DNA of 64,000 nt from positions 352,001 through 416,000 of the forward strand of contig CAWCMR010000009.1 in the NCBI GenBank assembly GCA_963796685.1, read 5' to 3'. A program made the position numbers and the translations under genes. This DNA is from an uncultured delta proteobacterium. Its GTDB lineage: Bacteria; Myxococcota_A; Polyangia; Fen-1088. Below, in pieces: positions 1 through 10,332 of the stretch. The notes beneath the pieces are model-generated. The model ran no database searches. It had not been told where the DNA came from and worked only from the letters and a program-made list of their open reading frames with translations. Numbering within the stretch: position 1 is the stretch's first letter; every line of letters begins with the position of its first letter.

Positions 1-5
1 TGAGG

Positions 6-875
6 CTAGAAACCGCCGGCAGGCGCGGTACAGCTCGTAGCCGGACTCCCCCACCAGCTGATGGCGGCGAAGGAGTACGTGCCGCCACTGATCTGGAGCA
101 CGTTGTAGCCGTTCTTCGGCGTGAGTGCCGCCTGGTTCTTGCCGTCGGTACAAGTCATCGTGGTGCCGTTGACCACCACCGTGCGCCCGGCAAAGTTGCT
201 GCAGTTCCAGCCAAGGATGGTGTCACAGGTATACACGCAGATCGCATCCACCGTGTTCAGCGAGAAATTGCCCTGGGTTTTACCTGATCCCATCGCGATC
301 AGCGTGGGGTTGGAACACGGCCCTGGAGGCCCATCCGGCCCTGGCTCCGGAGCCGGTTCCGGTCCCGGCTCAGGTCCTGGCTCGAGTCCAGCCTCGACGC
401 TAGGCTCTGGCCCTGGCTCCGGGCCCGATTTCGGTTCCGCGCCCGGCTCTGCTCTCGGCAGCTCGGGACCTGGCTCGGCACCGGGTTCCTTGTCGGCCTG
501 AGCATCGTAGGGAGTCGACGCGGTGTCGGTGCCATCCGCGCGAGTGTCCTTATTGACCTCGGCCACATCGGCCGTGTCGGGCGCGGTGGGTGGAACGTCT
601 AGGCCAGCGTCGGGCTTGACGATGGCGGTTTCTTCTCCCCAGGGCTGATCCGACGGCGAATCCTCAGCCGTGTCGTTCTTGGCATCGTCGCCAGGCGGGT
701 TGCTCTGATTCGGGTCGTCCGAGCAGGTGGGGGACGTGCTGGTGGGACATTTCTCACTGACGACTTTTGGCTTCGTCAGGCTCACGCAACCGACGGCAAG
801 CAGCCCAGGCAAGAGCATCGCCGATAAGAATCCGAGGATGCGTTTGTCAACCAAGACTCGGTCTGGAAACTTCAT
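6..875 (-). CDS. Lipoprotein with acidic/Pro-rich linker (PEPG repeats) and a C-terminal Trp/Cys-containing domain, possibly carbohydrate-binding
   Basis: Hydrophobic signal ending LAVG-C; low-complexity linker; globular C-terminus (GWNCSNFAGRTVVVNG...AISWW). Confidence 0.65.
   Translation of the reverse strand: MKFPDRVLVDKRILGFLSAMLLPGLLAVGCVSLTKPKVVSEKCPTSTSPTCSDDPNQSNPPGDDAKNDTAEDSPSDQPWGEETAIVKPDAGLDVPPTAPDTADVAEVNKDTRADGTDTASTPYDAQADKEPGAEPGPELPRAEPGAEPKSGPEPGPEPSVEAGLEPGPEPGPEPAPEPGPDGPPGPCSNPTLIAMGSGKTQGNFSLNTVDAICVYTCDTILGWNCSNFAGRTVVVNGTTMTCTDGKNQAALTPKNGYNVLQISGGTYSFAAISWWGSPATSCTAPAGGF
330..490 (-). repeat. Degenerate 12-nt coding tandem repeat (PEPG/AEPG)n
   Basis: Translation EPGAEPGPELPRAEPGAEPKSGPEPGPEPSVEAGLEPGPEPGPEPAPEPGP; boundaries approximate. 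Confidence 0.7.
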
Positions 876-1073
876 AGATCTCTATTGTCGGGCTTTGGCC
901 CGGTTTTGTGAAGCCTCTATGGCAACTTTGGGGGAACGCGGCACGCGTGCGCGTGGCAGATATCACACTTCCGTGGGTTGCCAGTGCCCTACGATCCTCC
1001 ACCCGTCTCCACGCGAACTTTGACGTGCGGTACCAAAGAATGTCTGATAGTCTCGAGATCTGCGGACTTTGAC

Positions 1074-2621
1074 GTGATTGGGAAACACATCAACAACTAC
1101 GAGGTCGTCTCGCTGCTGGGCGAGGGCGGAATGGGAACCGTCTATCTTGCCCTCCACCCGATCATGGGTCGGAAAGCGGCCATCAAGGTCCTGAAGCCCG
1201 AGCTGGCCCGAGACGAATCCCTGGTCATGCGTTTCTTCAACGAAGCGCGCGCGGCCAACGCCATTCGCCATCCCAACATCATCGACATCATCGACGTCGG
1301 CCTCCTCCCCGAGGACAACGTGCCCTACATGTTGATGGAGTTCCTGGAGGGCGAAAGCCTGGCCACGCGACTCGACCGCAGCCGGCCGCTGGACGTGAAC
1401 ACCGCGGTGGAGATCGCGTCCCAGACCGCCTCGGCCCTGGCGGCAGCCCACAGCAAGGGAATCGTCCACCGCGACCTCAAGCCCGACAACCTCTTCTTGG
1501 TGCCCGACGAGATGGTGGGCGGAGGCGAGCGGGTGAAGGTGCTGGATTTCGGCATCGCCAAGTTGCGCGATGACATGCGTGGCAGCTCGATGAAGACGCG
1601 CACCGGCGCCATCATGGGCACGGCCGCGTACATGTCGCCCGAGCAGTGTCAGGGCCTCATCGAAAAGCTCGACCACCGCACCGACGTCTACGCGCTTGGC
1701 ATCATCCTGTACGAGATGCTCTGTGGCGCCCCGCCCTTCCTCAGCGAGGGCTTCGGCGACATCATCATCATGCACGTCATGAAGGAGCCGGAAGACCCGC
1801 AGCACAAGAATCCGCGGGTGCCGAACGAGGTCAGCGCGGCCATCCTGCGTGCGCTGGCCAAGAGCCCGGACGATCGGTTCCAATCCATGCTGGAATTCCA
1901 GACGGCACTGCGCGGCCACGGTAATGCCCACAGCACGCCCGTGCACGGCATGCCATCGGTCGGCACCACGGCGATCCTGGATGAGCAGCCCTCCGGGCAC
2001 GCGCGGCGCTCGGGGGTTGCCTTCGACCAGACCATGGCCACCCCCGCGCCGGTTTCGCTGCGACCGGGGTCGGTTCCGCCCTCGCGCATTCCGACCCGGC
2101 CAGGCTCGGTTCCGCCTTCACACATTTCGACCGTGGTCGAGCCGGTCGCCAGCCCCAGGCAGAGCACCACCTTCCGCAATGCTACCGGCGAGATCTCCCA
2201 CACCGACCTCACCTCGCCCGGCAAGAGCCGGACCGTCATCGCGGTCGCTTCAATCGTCGGCCTGGCTGGCATCGGGCTCGCCATCACCCTGGTCGTGACG
2301 CGACCATCGAATCATCCCACCGCGCCGGTCCAACCAGCGGCCACCCTGCCCGCGCCGGCCGCTGCCCCAGCGGCGGAGCCCGAACGCCTTCCGGCTTTCG
2401 AGCCTCCCTCACCCCCGCCGACCGCCGCGGCCCCGACGGTCCGAACCGAGCCGCCCCCAACCCAAGAGGACCAGGAGGACAAAGAAGAGGGCAAACACCA
2501 CAAGAAAGGGCCTCCCGGAAGGCCGCACAGGGCCGTCGAGAGAGCTGTGGAAAGGGAAAGAAGGCCCACCGAACCCTCGACACCATCCTCGACGGAGGAC
2601 AAGAGCACCGAGCGCTGGTAG
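1074..2621 (+). CDS. Hanks-type Ser/Thr protein kinase with TM helix and Pro-rich extracytoplasmic tail
   Basis: GEGGMG, AIK, HRDLKPDN, DFG, YMSPE, DVYALG motifs; TM VIAVASIVGLAGIGLAITLVV; GTG start at 1074 inferred. Confidence 0.95.
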   Translation: MIGKHINNYEVVSLLGEGGMGTVYLALHPIMGRKAAIKVLKPELARDESLVMRFFNEARAANAIRHPNIIDIIDVGLLPEDNVPYMLMEFLEGESLATRLDRSRPLDVNTAVEIASQTASALAAAHSKGIVHRDLKPDNLFLVPDEMVGGGERVKVLDFGIAKLRDDMRGSSMKTRTGAIMGTAAYMSPEQCQGLIEKLDHRTDVYALGIILYEMLCGAPPFLSEGFGDIIIMHVMKEPEDPQHKNPRVPNEVSAAILRALAKSPDDRFQSMLEFQTALRGHGNAHSTPVHGMPSVGTTAILDEQPSGHARRSGVAFDQTMATPAPVSLRPGSVPPSRIPTRPGSVPPSHISTVVEPVASPRQSTTFRNATGEISHTDLTSPGKSRTVIAVASIVGLAGIGLAITLVVTRPSNHPTAPVQPAATLPAPAAAPAAEPERLPAFEPPSPPPTAAAPTVRTEPPPTQEDQEDKEEGKHHKKGPPGRPHRAVERAVERERRPTEPSTPSSTEDKSTERW

Positions 2622-2652
2622 TCGGGCGCCGGGACCATCGAGCGATCGCCGC

Positions 2653-4050
2653 TCAGGTCACGCCCTTGCTCTGCCAGGCACCGCTCCGCCAACGCCACCC
2701 ATTGACCACGGCGCGGGTCCATTCGTCGACGGCCATGCCGAGCCAGATGCCGATCACCCCCCACCCCACACCAAAAGCCAGGGCGAAGGCGGAGCCGATG
2801 CCCACGGTCCACATGAGCGTCGACCCGACGATGGCCGGAAAACGCGAATCGCCTGAGGCACGCAGGGAGAAGGTGATGGCGATGTTGGCCGCCTTCGCCG
2901 GTTGCACCAGGACATCGACCCAGAGGAGCAGCGCGCCCAGGGCCACGATGCTCGGATCGCGGGAGAAAAGTCCAAGCAGCCAGTGACCGCACCCCGCGAG
3001 CACGAGCGACGTGACGAAGGAAAGGCTCGCGCCCCAGGCCACCGCGGCCTTGAGCCGCCGGTTTGCGGTCGCATGGTCCCGCGCACCCACCAGATGGGAG
3101 ACCAAGATCTGGGCGCCGAATCCGAGCCCGTAGCTGAAGAGGACGGGCAGATTGGCCAGGTTGGCCGCGTACACGCGAGCCGTGAGCGCCAAGGTGCCGA
3201 GGCGAACGACCTGACTTGCCAGCGCCACCTGGAAAAGCTGGTAGGCGACGGGCTCGATCGCCGAGGGCACGCCGATGCGAACGAGGTGGTGCAGGACTCG
3301 CTTCCAGCCGAGCAACAGAAGCAACCACGAGGGATGAAAACCGAGGAGCCGAATCACCAAGGCCAATGTGCCGAGGCTGACCAATCCCCATGACAGGGTG
3401 GTGGCCATCGCCACCCCTTGCACGCCGAGACAGGGAAGCCCGAAGAGCCGGCCTACGAAAAGCAGGTTGAAGAGCACGTTCAGGCCGACGATGGCGATGG
3501 AAACGCCCAAGTTCCACAGGGTCAGGCCGCGCGCCGCGAGCAGATTGGTCAGCCCGGCGATGAGCGCGCGTCCCACGAACCCGGCGCCGATGATGCGCAG
3601 AAACTCGACCGAGTGTCGGGCAATGTTCCCGCGCAATCCCAGCACGTAGACGACCCACGGGGAAGACAAACTGAGCAGCGCCCCGAGCGCGAGCCCGCCG
3701 CAGGCAAGCAGCGAAACCATGAGCGTGAAGGTGGCGGCGGCAAGGCGTGGACGGCCTGACCCGAGGTACTGTCCCGCGACACCCGCCCCCGCTTGCCCCA
3801 GGGCATTGAGCATGGTTTGAAGCAGGACGAATACCGGCAAGGTCGCGCCCACGCCGGCGGCGGCATCATCGGAGACGCGCGAGAGGAACCACGAATCGAT
3901 GATGGGCCCGGAGATGCCCACGGCCAGCGTGATCATGACAGGCCAGGAGATGGCGAGCAGGGACTGCTCGTGAACCGCGGCCGGACGAGGCCTCGACGCT
4001 ACGGCCGATCGGTCGAAATGGAGGCCGGCGGCGCCGGGATCTTGGGGCAT
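2653..4050 (-). CDS. MATE family efflux transporter
   Basis: About 12 TM segments; AISWP, DSWFLSRVSDDAAAGVG, LRASGD, GIWLG patterns. Confidence 0.9.
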   Translation of the reverse strand: MPQDPGAAGLHFDRSAVASRPRPAAVHEQSLLAISWPVMITLAVGISGPIIDSWFLSRVSDDAAAGVGATLPVFVLLQTMLNALGQAGAGVAGQYLGSGRPRLAAATFTLMVSLLACGGLALGALLSLSSPWVVYVLGLRGNIARHSVEFLRIIGAGFVGRALIAGLTNLLAARGLTLWNLGVSIAIVGLNVLFNLLFVGRLFGLPCLGVQGVAMATTLSWGLVSLGTLALVIRLLGFHPSWLLLLLGWKRVLHHLVRIGVPSAIEPVAYQLFQVALASQVVRLGTLALTARVYAANLANLPVLFSYGLGFGAQILVSHLVGARDHATANRRLKAAVAWGASLSFVTSLVLAGCGHWLLGLFSRDPSIVALGALLLWVDVLVQPAKAANIAITFSLRASGDSRFPAIVGSTLMWTVGIGSAFALAFGVGWGVIGIWLGMAVDEWTRAVVNGWRWRSGAWQSKGVT

Positions 4051-4066
4051 CTACTTCCTAGGGGTA

Positions 4067-4984
4067 TTACTCTTGAGGAGCTCGGGGTGAGAAGGCAAAT
4101 CGCAGGCCTCGGTTGTAGCTTTCGGCCTTGGTGCTCGCGTGGCCCTCGCCTTCCACCACGCGGAAGTCGTAGGCAAGACCCGGATAGGCCCGCTCACGCA
4201 GGCGAGCATCGAAGCGCTTGACGCCATCGAGGATCAGGGCGGGATCTTTCTCGGCATAGGTCACGAACAGGCGCGCGCCGAGGGGCCTTCCGCCGCGATG
4301 GAACGCGTCTTCGAAGCCGAGCAACCAATCCTCGGCCCACTGAGCCGCCGGGCTGGGCGCGACGTAGGCGGCAAAAAGCCCTGGCTGCGCGAACATGGCG
4401 TACAGGGTGAACAAGCCCCCGAGCGAGCTGCCCGCGAGCACGCGGTAGGAGGGATCGCCGCGGTACTCGCGTTCGACGAGGGGAATGATCTCGTGCTCGA
4501 GGACGGATAGGAACTCCTCCGCGTGTCCGCTCGGCCCGTCGTAACTCGCGCCCTCGTACTTGGCCGGGACCGGCGTGAGATCCCAGCGGCGCAAGCGGCC
4601 ATAGTCGGGTCTGTCGCCCGGGTAGCCGAGGCCGACGACGATGATCTCCGGGATCGCCTTGTCGACCAGGAGATTGCCGGAGAGGGCCTTGACCAGGTTG
4701 AAGTCCCAGTAGCCGTCGCAAAGATAGAGCACAGGATAGCGCCGTTCCGGATCGTCCTCGAACGATTCGGGCAGCCCGACGTAGAGCTGGTACATCCGCC
4801 CGTTCGCGGCTCGCGGGAGCACGCGCACCTCGCTGCCCGCCACGATCTGGCGCGGGAAGGGTCCACGCGACGGGCTCTCGCAGTCGTGCGACGAACAACC
4901 ACCCGGAGAGCTCGCGCAACCGGCGACAACCGCCATGGCGGTCCACAGGGCACGCGGGCTGCGACTGGGCACGAGAGCGAGCAT
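4067..4984 (-). CDS. Alpha/beta-hydrolase esterase (IroE/BesA-like), probably a lipoprotein
   Basis: YPVLYLCDG, IIVVGLGY, R-WDLTP, GSSLGG nucleophile elbow, GEGH; VAGC lipobox; start inferred. Confidence 0.85.
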   Translation of the reverse strand: MLALVPSRSPRALWTAMAVVAGCASSPGGCSSHDCESPSRGPFPRQIVAGSEVRVLPRAANGRMYQLYVGLPESFEDDPERRYPVLYLCDGYWDFNLVKALSGNLLVDKAIPEIIVVGLGYPGDRPDYGRLRRWDLTPVPAKYEGASYDGPSGHAEEFLSVLEHEIIPLVEREYRGDPSYRVLAGSSLGGLFTLYAMFAQPGLFAAYVAPSPAAQWAEDWLLGFEDAFHRGGRPLGARLFVTYAEKDPALILDGVKRFDARLRERAYPGLAYDFRVVEGEGHASTKAESYNRGLRFAFSPRAPQE

Positions 4985-5073
4985 GACGAGGAAGATAGAC
5001 GAAAAACGTCGTTCCGTGATCCGCCGGGCTCGCTGCCATCGTCTTTTCCCGGCAGAAAGGGTATCCTCACGCC

Positions 5074-6537
5074 ATGGGCGACGGAGAGAAGAGCCGTCGA
5101 GCGCTCGACGCAACCATTCTGGTCAAGGGCTCGTCTACTGGCGACGCAGGCTCGATTGCCGACGGTCTTGCAGGTACCCGGCTGCAACACTTCGCGCTGG
5201 TGCGCCTGCTCGGGCGCGGCGGCATGGGCGCGGTGTATTACGGCACCGACCTATCCCTGGATCGCCCGGTGGCCATCAAGGTGCTGGCCCTCGATGTCGC
5301 GCAGGATCCGGAGATCGTCGACCGTTTCGTGCTGGAGGCACGCGCCCAGGCCCGCCTGCGCCATCCCAACGTCGCGCAGATCTTCTTCATCGGCCAGGAC
5401 CGCGGTTTTCACTTCTTCGTCATGGAGTACCTGGAGGGGCCGGGCCTCGATGCCTTGCTGGCCAAGGGCGCGCCCTTGCCGGTGGCCGATGCCTTGGACT
5501 ACACCCTGGCGGCGGCGCGCGGCCTGCGCGCGGCCTTGGCGCATGGCTTCGTCCACCGCGACGTCAAGCCCTCGAACCTGATGCTCGACCACGAAGCGGG
5601 GATCAAGATCCTCGATTTCGGGCTGGTCAAGAGCATGCACGGCGACTCTCAGCTCACTCGCGACGGCGCCATCATCGGCTCGCCGCTGTACATGTCGCCC
5701 GAGCAGGGACGCGGTCAGGTGGCCGATCACCGCTCCGACATTTACTCGCTCGGCTGCACCCTCTTCCACATGCTGTGCGGGCGGCCGCCCTTTGCCGGAC
5801 CTTCGCCGGTCGGCATCATCACCATGCACGTCACGGATCGCGCGCCCGCCGTGCGCGACCTCAATGCCAAGGTGCCACAGGCCGTGGCTCGCATCGTCGA
5901 GCGCATGATTGCCAAGAAACCCGACGATCGCTTCGCCGACTACGACGAGCTGATCGCCGCGCTGGAGGCCGCGCGCGCGCCTCGCCGGGAGCTCGGCGGC
6001 ATGGGAGCACGAGGGATCGCGCTCGGCATCGATAGCCTGTTGCTGCTGGCGGCCGCGTACTTCATCCGCCTTTGGGTGCTGCCGCTCGCCCTGGTCTACT
6101 TCGTCCTGTGTCATCGACTGCTCGGACAGACCCCGGGCAAGTGGCTGCTCGGCATTCGCGTCGAAGGCGCGACCGGCGGCCGCCTGACGTGGAAGGCTGC
6201 TCTCGTCCGATTCGCCGCATTTGCCTGGGGGCCCTTGGCCTGGACCCTGCTGGCGGGCTTCGTCTACACCGTACACGGCAACGAGCACGTGTCGTTCCAG
6301 CTCTCCAGCCTGACCTTGTCCGAGCTCGCGGTGCCCATCGTCTACATCGCGCTCGCCACCGCCATCCTGGTCGGCTACCTGGCAGGATTCCTGCTGGTGG
6401 CGTTTCACCCCAAGCGGCAGGCCCTGCACGATCTGCTGGCCAAGACCGTGGTCTACATCAAGTCGCGCGCTCCCGCTGGCGAGATGGTCGAAGTCGTCAA
6501 GAGCACCACCGGCATCAGTCTATCGAGACACCGGTAG
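5074..6537 (+). CDS. Ser/Thr protein kinase fused to a C-terminal RDD membrane domain
   Basis: GRGGMG, HRDVKPSN, DFG, YMSPE; RDD motifs RGIALGID, GQTPGKWLLGIRV, RQALHDLLAKTVV. Confidence 0.92.
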   Translation: MGDGEKSRRALDATILVKGSSTGDAGSIADGLAGTRLQHFALVRLLGRGGMGAVYYGTDLSLDRPVAIKVLALDVAQDPEIVDRFVLEARAQARLRHPNVAQIFFIGQDRGFHFFVMEYLEGPGLDALLAKGAPLPVADALDYTLAAARGLRAALAHGFVHRDVKPSNLMLDHEAGIKILDFGLVKSMHGDSQLTRDGAIIGSPLYMSPEQGRGQVADHRSDIYSLGCTLFHMLCGRPPFAGPSPVGIITMHVTDRAPAVRDLNAKVPQAVARIVERMIAKKPDDRFADYDELIAALEAARAPRRELGGMGARGIALGIDSLLLLAAAYFIRLWVLPLALVYFVLCHRLLGQTPGKWLLGIRVEGATGGRLTWKAALVRFAAFAWGPLAWTLLAGFVYTVHGNEHVSFQLSSLTLSELAVPIVYIALATAILVGYLAGFLLVAFHPKRQALHDLLAKTVVYIKSRAPAGEMVEVVKSTTGISLSRHR

Positions 6538-6559
6538 CCATCCTACTGCTCGGGGGCGA

Positions 6560-7372
6560 CTACTCGTTCCTGGCGTGCACCATGGGCACGAAGGCCACGC
6601 CCCGTTGCACGTGCCTTGCCACGGTGCCGTCGGCGCGCTTTTCCAGAATGACCAGCACATCGTGGGCCTCCTTCCCGACCGGCGCCACCAGGCGACCGCC
6701 GGGCTTGAGCTGGTCGATGAGCGCCTGGGGGACCTCGGGCGGCGCCGCGGTCAGGATGATACGGTCGAAGGGCGCCGCCTCCGGCCACCCGAGATAGCCG
6801 TCGCCGCAACGGGTCCTTATGCGACCGTGGCCGAGGCGATCGAGGTTGGCCCGCGCCTTCTGGCAGAGCGGCTCGACGATCTCGATCGAGTACACCTCTT
6901 TGGCCAGGTGGTCGAGGATGGCGGCCTGATATCCGGACCCGGTTCCAATCTCGAGCACACGACTGTCGGGCTCGGGAGCCAGGAGGCTGCTCATCAGGGC
7001 CACGATGAAGGGGCGCGAGATGGTCTGCTCCCAACCTATCTGCAGCGCGGTGTCCTCGTAGGCGAAGGAGCGCTTCTCCTCCGGCATGTACTCCTCGCGG
7101 GGCTCGGCACGCATGGCTTGCAGGACCCTGCGATCGCTGATACCGCGGGACACGATGGTCGTGCGAATCATCTCCTCGCGCGCCTTGGCGTAGGATGCGG
7201 GCGCCGGGGAAACAGGCGCTGGGGCCGGCTCGGCCGCCGGAGCGAGATCGGATTCAGGCTTGGGCTTGGCCCGAGAGACGTAGCGGGTCGAGGCGCAGCC
7301 GGCCGAGAGACACGCACTGCCGAGCAAGACGAACCACGCGATCGAAACGGAACGGGGAAAGATGCGCTTCAC
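6560..7372 (-). CDS. pcm: Protein-L-isoaspartate(D-aspartate) O-methyltransferase with N-terminal lipoprotein-like signal
   Basis: AYEDTALQIGWEQTISRP, VLEIGTGSGYQAA, GDGYLGWPEAAPFDRI, QLKPGGRLVAPVG, FVPM; GTG start inferred. Confidence 0.92.
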   Translation of the reverse strand: MKRIFPRSVSIAWFVLLGSACLSAGCASTRYVSRAKPKPESDLAPAAEPAPAPVSPAPASYAKAREEMIRTTIVSRGISDRRVLQAMRAEPREEYMPEEKRSFAYEDTALQIGWEQTISRPFIVALMSSLLAPEPDSRVLEIGTGSGYQAAILDHLAKEVYSIEIVEPLCQKARANLDRLGHGRIRTRCGDGYLGWPEAAPFDRIILTAAPPEVPQALIDQLKPGGRLVAPVGKEAHDVLVILEKRADGTVARHVQRGVAFVPMVHARNE

Positions 7373-7552
7373 TTCAATTTCCTCTAAGCGGTGGCGAAAA
7401 GGCGGGTGCGGGAAAAGTATGACCTCGCTCGCCATCCCCATCCAGGGCGATTGCGCTCGCCCCTCCCGCTTTTCGCGACTGCGGAACCTGCAGCTCTTGG
7501 GCCGGGACGGAAGCCGGCTCGACCAGCACTTCACGGACCCGTGGGCGGCTGA

Positions 7553-10251
7553 CTACGAGTACTGCGCCAGCCAGCGGCGGCTGTGGCTGTCGAGAGCCTC
7601 GGGCACGGGTACGAGGAAGCGCATGCCAAAGGAATCGGTGATGAGGTGACGGCCGTCGTCCAAACGGCGGATGTGATCTTCTTGTTCGACGACGAAGCTG
7701 CGTGGCCCCCGATCCGTGACCACGTGCCACTCGGACCGCGTCGCTTCGTGCACGACGCGCTCGATGCGCGTGACCTGGGGTAGGAACTCGCTTTGGGCCA
7801 GGCCGGTCAGCAGTGCCTGGCGCGAGTCCTCGGCAAGGGCATCGACGTGCTCGACAAGGGCCCGGTCATGCCCAAGCCCGTCGACGAGGCACACGAAGCC
7901 ATCGGGATGGGTGAGCGGGAAACAGCGACGTGGCACCACGAGGACGGGCGCGCCGCCCGCACCGTCTTTGGCCCAGAGATTACCCTCGCCGTCGCACTCG
8001 ATGGCCAGCCGGCCAGCTTCGATGGACGGCAGCATCAGGTATTCCGTTTCCTCCTCGTCTTGCGCCTGCGCAACCTCCGCATCGCGTCGGGCGGCGGATG
8101 AAACCTGGGCGCGATGCAGACGCGCGTATTCGCCGTCGAGGGCGAGCAGCTCGGCGTGCGTTCCACGCTCGGCCAACCGGCCGTCCTTGATCACGAGCAA
8201 CATGTCCGCCTTGCGCAGGGTGCTCAATCGATGGGCGATGGCGATGGTGGTGCGGCCCGCGACCACGTTGTCGAGCGCGCGCTGAATCTCGCGTTCGGTG
8301 TGCGTGTCCACCGCGGAGGTCGCCTCGTCGAGCACCAAAATCCGCGGGTCGACCAGGATGGCGCGCGCGATGGCGATGCGTTGGCGCTCGCCGCCCGACA
8401 ACGATTGGCCGCGCTCGCCGACCACCGAGTCGTAGCCTTCGGGCAGCTTCAAGATGAAGTTGTGCGCATGCGCGGCCCGGGCAGCCTCGATGATCTGGGC
8501 GAAACTGGCGTTCGGCTGGCCATACCCGACGTTGTCGGCGATGGTGCCGAAAAAGAGAAAGGGTTCCTGCAGGACGATACCGATGTGCTTGCGATAGGCC
8601 TCGATGGAGAGCCGCCTTATGTCGTTGCCGTCGACACGCACCGCGCCCCCCGAGACGTCGTAGAAGCGGCACAGAAGGTTGGCGACCGTGCTCTTGCCCG
8701 AGCCGGTGTGGCCCACGATGCCGATCATCTGACCGGGGGCCACTTTGAAGCTGACGTCGTCGAGCACCAGCCTGCTGCCGTACCGGAACGACACCCGATC
8801 GAACTGGATCTCGCCGCGCATACCGTCGATAGGGACGGGATCCTTGGGATCGAAAACCGTCGGCACGCGGTCGAGAATTTCGAACAGTCGTTGCGCGGCC
8901 GCCGACGCGCGCTGGGTGGCGGTGAGCATGCGGCTCATGCTCTCCACCCGGGTGTAGAAACGGCCGATGTACGCGATGAACGCGGTGAGCACGCCGACGG
9001 TGATCTGGTGGTGCAGGACCTCGCGCGCGCCGGCCGCCCAAACGACGAGCAACCCAATCTGATTGAGCAACGCGACCGACGGCCAGAAGAACGTCCACAT
9101 GGCGTTGTTGCGGTTGTTGATTTCGACGACGCGCTGGTTGGCTTGGGCGAAACGGGCGATCTCGCGCCGCTCTTGCGAGAAGGCTTTGACCACGCGAATG
9201 CCCGGGATGGTGTCGGCCAGGATGTTGGTCATGGCCGACCACATGCGCCCGCCGCGCAGATAGCCGTGCAACATCTTGCCGCGAATACGCATGATGAGCC
9301 ACGCGATGGGGGGAAGGAGATGATGGCCGCGACGGCGAGCGTGGTATCGAGCGAAAGCAGGACGACACAGGTGCTGACGATCATCAGCACATCGGTGGCG
9401 AAGTCGACCAGCGTGTCGGAGAGAAACGAGCACAGGTGCTCGGTGTCCGAGCTGATGCGCGCGATCAGATCGCCGGTGCGCTTGCCACCGAAGTACTCCA
9501 GGCTGAGCTTCTGCAAGTGCGAAAAGGCGCGGTTGCGCAGATCCGCCGCCACCTTCTCGGTCACGATGGCCAGCACCGCTCCTTGCGCCCAGACCAGCAG
9601 CCACGCGACGGCGGCCGCGCCGCCCAGGCTGCCGAGATAGAGCAGGACTTTGGGCAGGGCGGCCTGCATGGTGAGCTGCCCGGCCTGGCCCGGCACCAGC
9701 ACCTGGTCGACGAGCGGCATGGTCAAGTAGGGCGGGATCAGGCCCGCCGCCGTGCTCGCAAGGGTGAGCAGCAGGCCGAAGAGCACGGCGCCAAGGTGCG
9801 GCCGCGCAAAACCCAAGAGTCGCAAGAGCGGGTGCCTTCCGCTTACCGGCAACTCGGAGCTGTCCTGCTCGTCGGCGGGCGCCACGGGCCGCGCATGGGC
9901 CTGCCGCTTGCCCTGCTGCGCCTCGAAGGCGTCGGCGAACTCGGTTGCCTCCTTGGCCGCGGCCAAGGTGTGAAAGCGGCGGACCACGGTCCGCGTCCCC
10001 TCGATCACGCGCACCTCGCCGAGTCCCGCGTATTCGCGACGGTCGAGGCGAAGTCCCGGCGTGAGCGCGCACGCCGTCCACCCTCCGTCGGCGGCTTTCC
10101 AGCACACGCGCATGGAGGTCAAGGCAAGGGTGGAGGCGGTGTAGTGCAGATGCTCGTCCAGATCCGGCGCGAAGATCGCGCGCACGCTCTCGCCGTCGGC
10201 GAGCGTGAGTCCGAGGGGAGGGTCGAGGAGCGAAGAAGCAGCATCGGTCAT
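7553..10251 (-). CDS. ABC exporter (N-terminal extension + TMD + NBD) fused to a C-terminal DUF1854-like domain; one frameshift near 9310
   Basis: GHTGSGKST, LSGGERQR, VLDEATS, IAHRLST; C-terminal FPLTHPDG...WHVVTDRG...ITDSFGMRF; adding one G to the G6 run at 9308-9313 joins ISFP to PIAWLIMR. Confidence 0.85.
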
Positions 10252-10332
10252 GGGCGAGGATCCGGTAGCGCCCACTTTACCAGGATCGTCACCAGCGAGG
10301 GAAAGCACGTCGGGCGCCGACGCGAGCCCAGC

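Noticed and set aside
2061-2132. 36-bp tandem duplication (RPGSVPPSRIPT / RPGSVPPSHIST)
   Set aside because: Ordinary in-frame linker duplication within the kinase; not a CRISPR or mobile repeat
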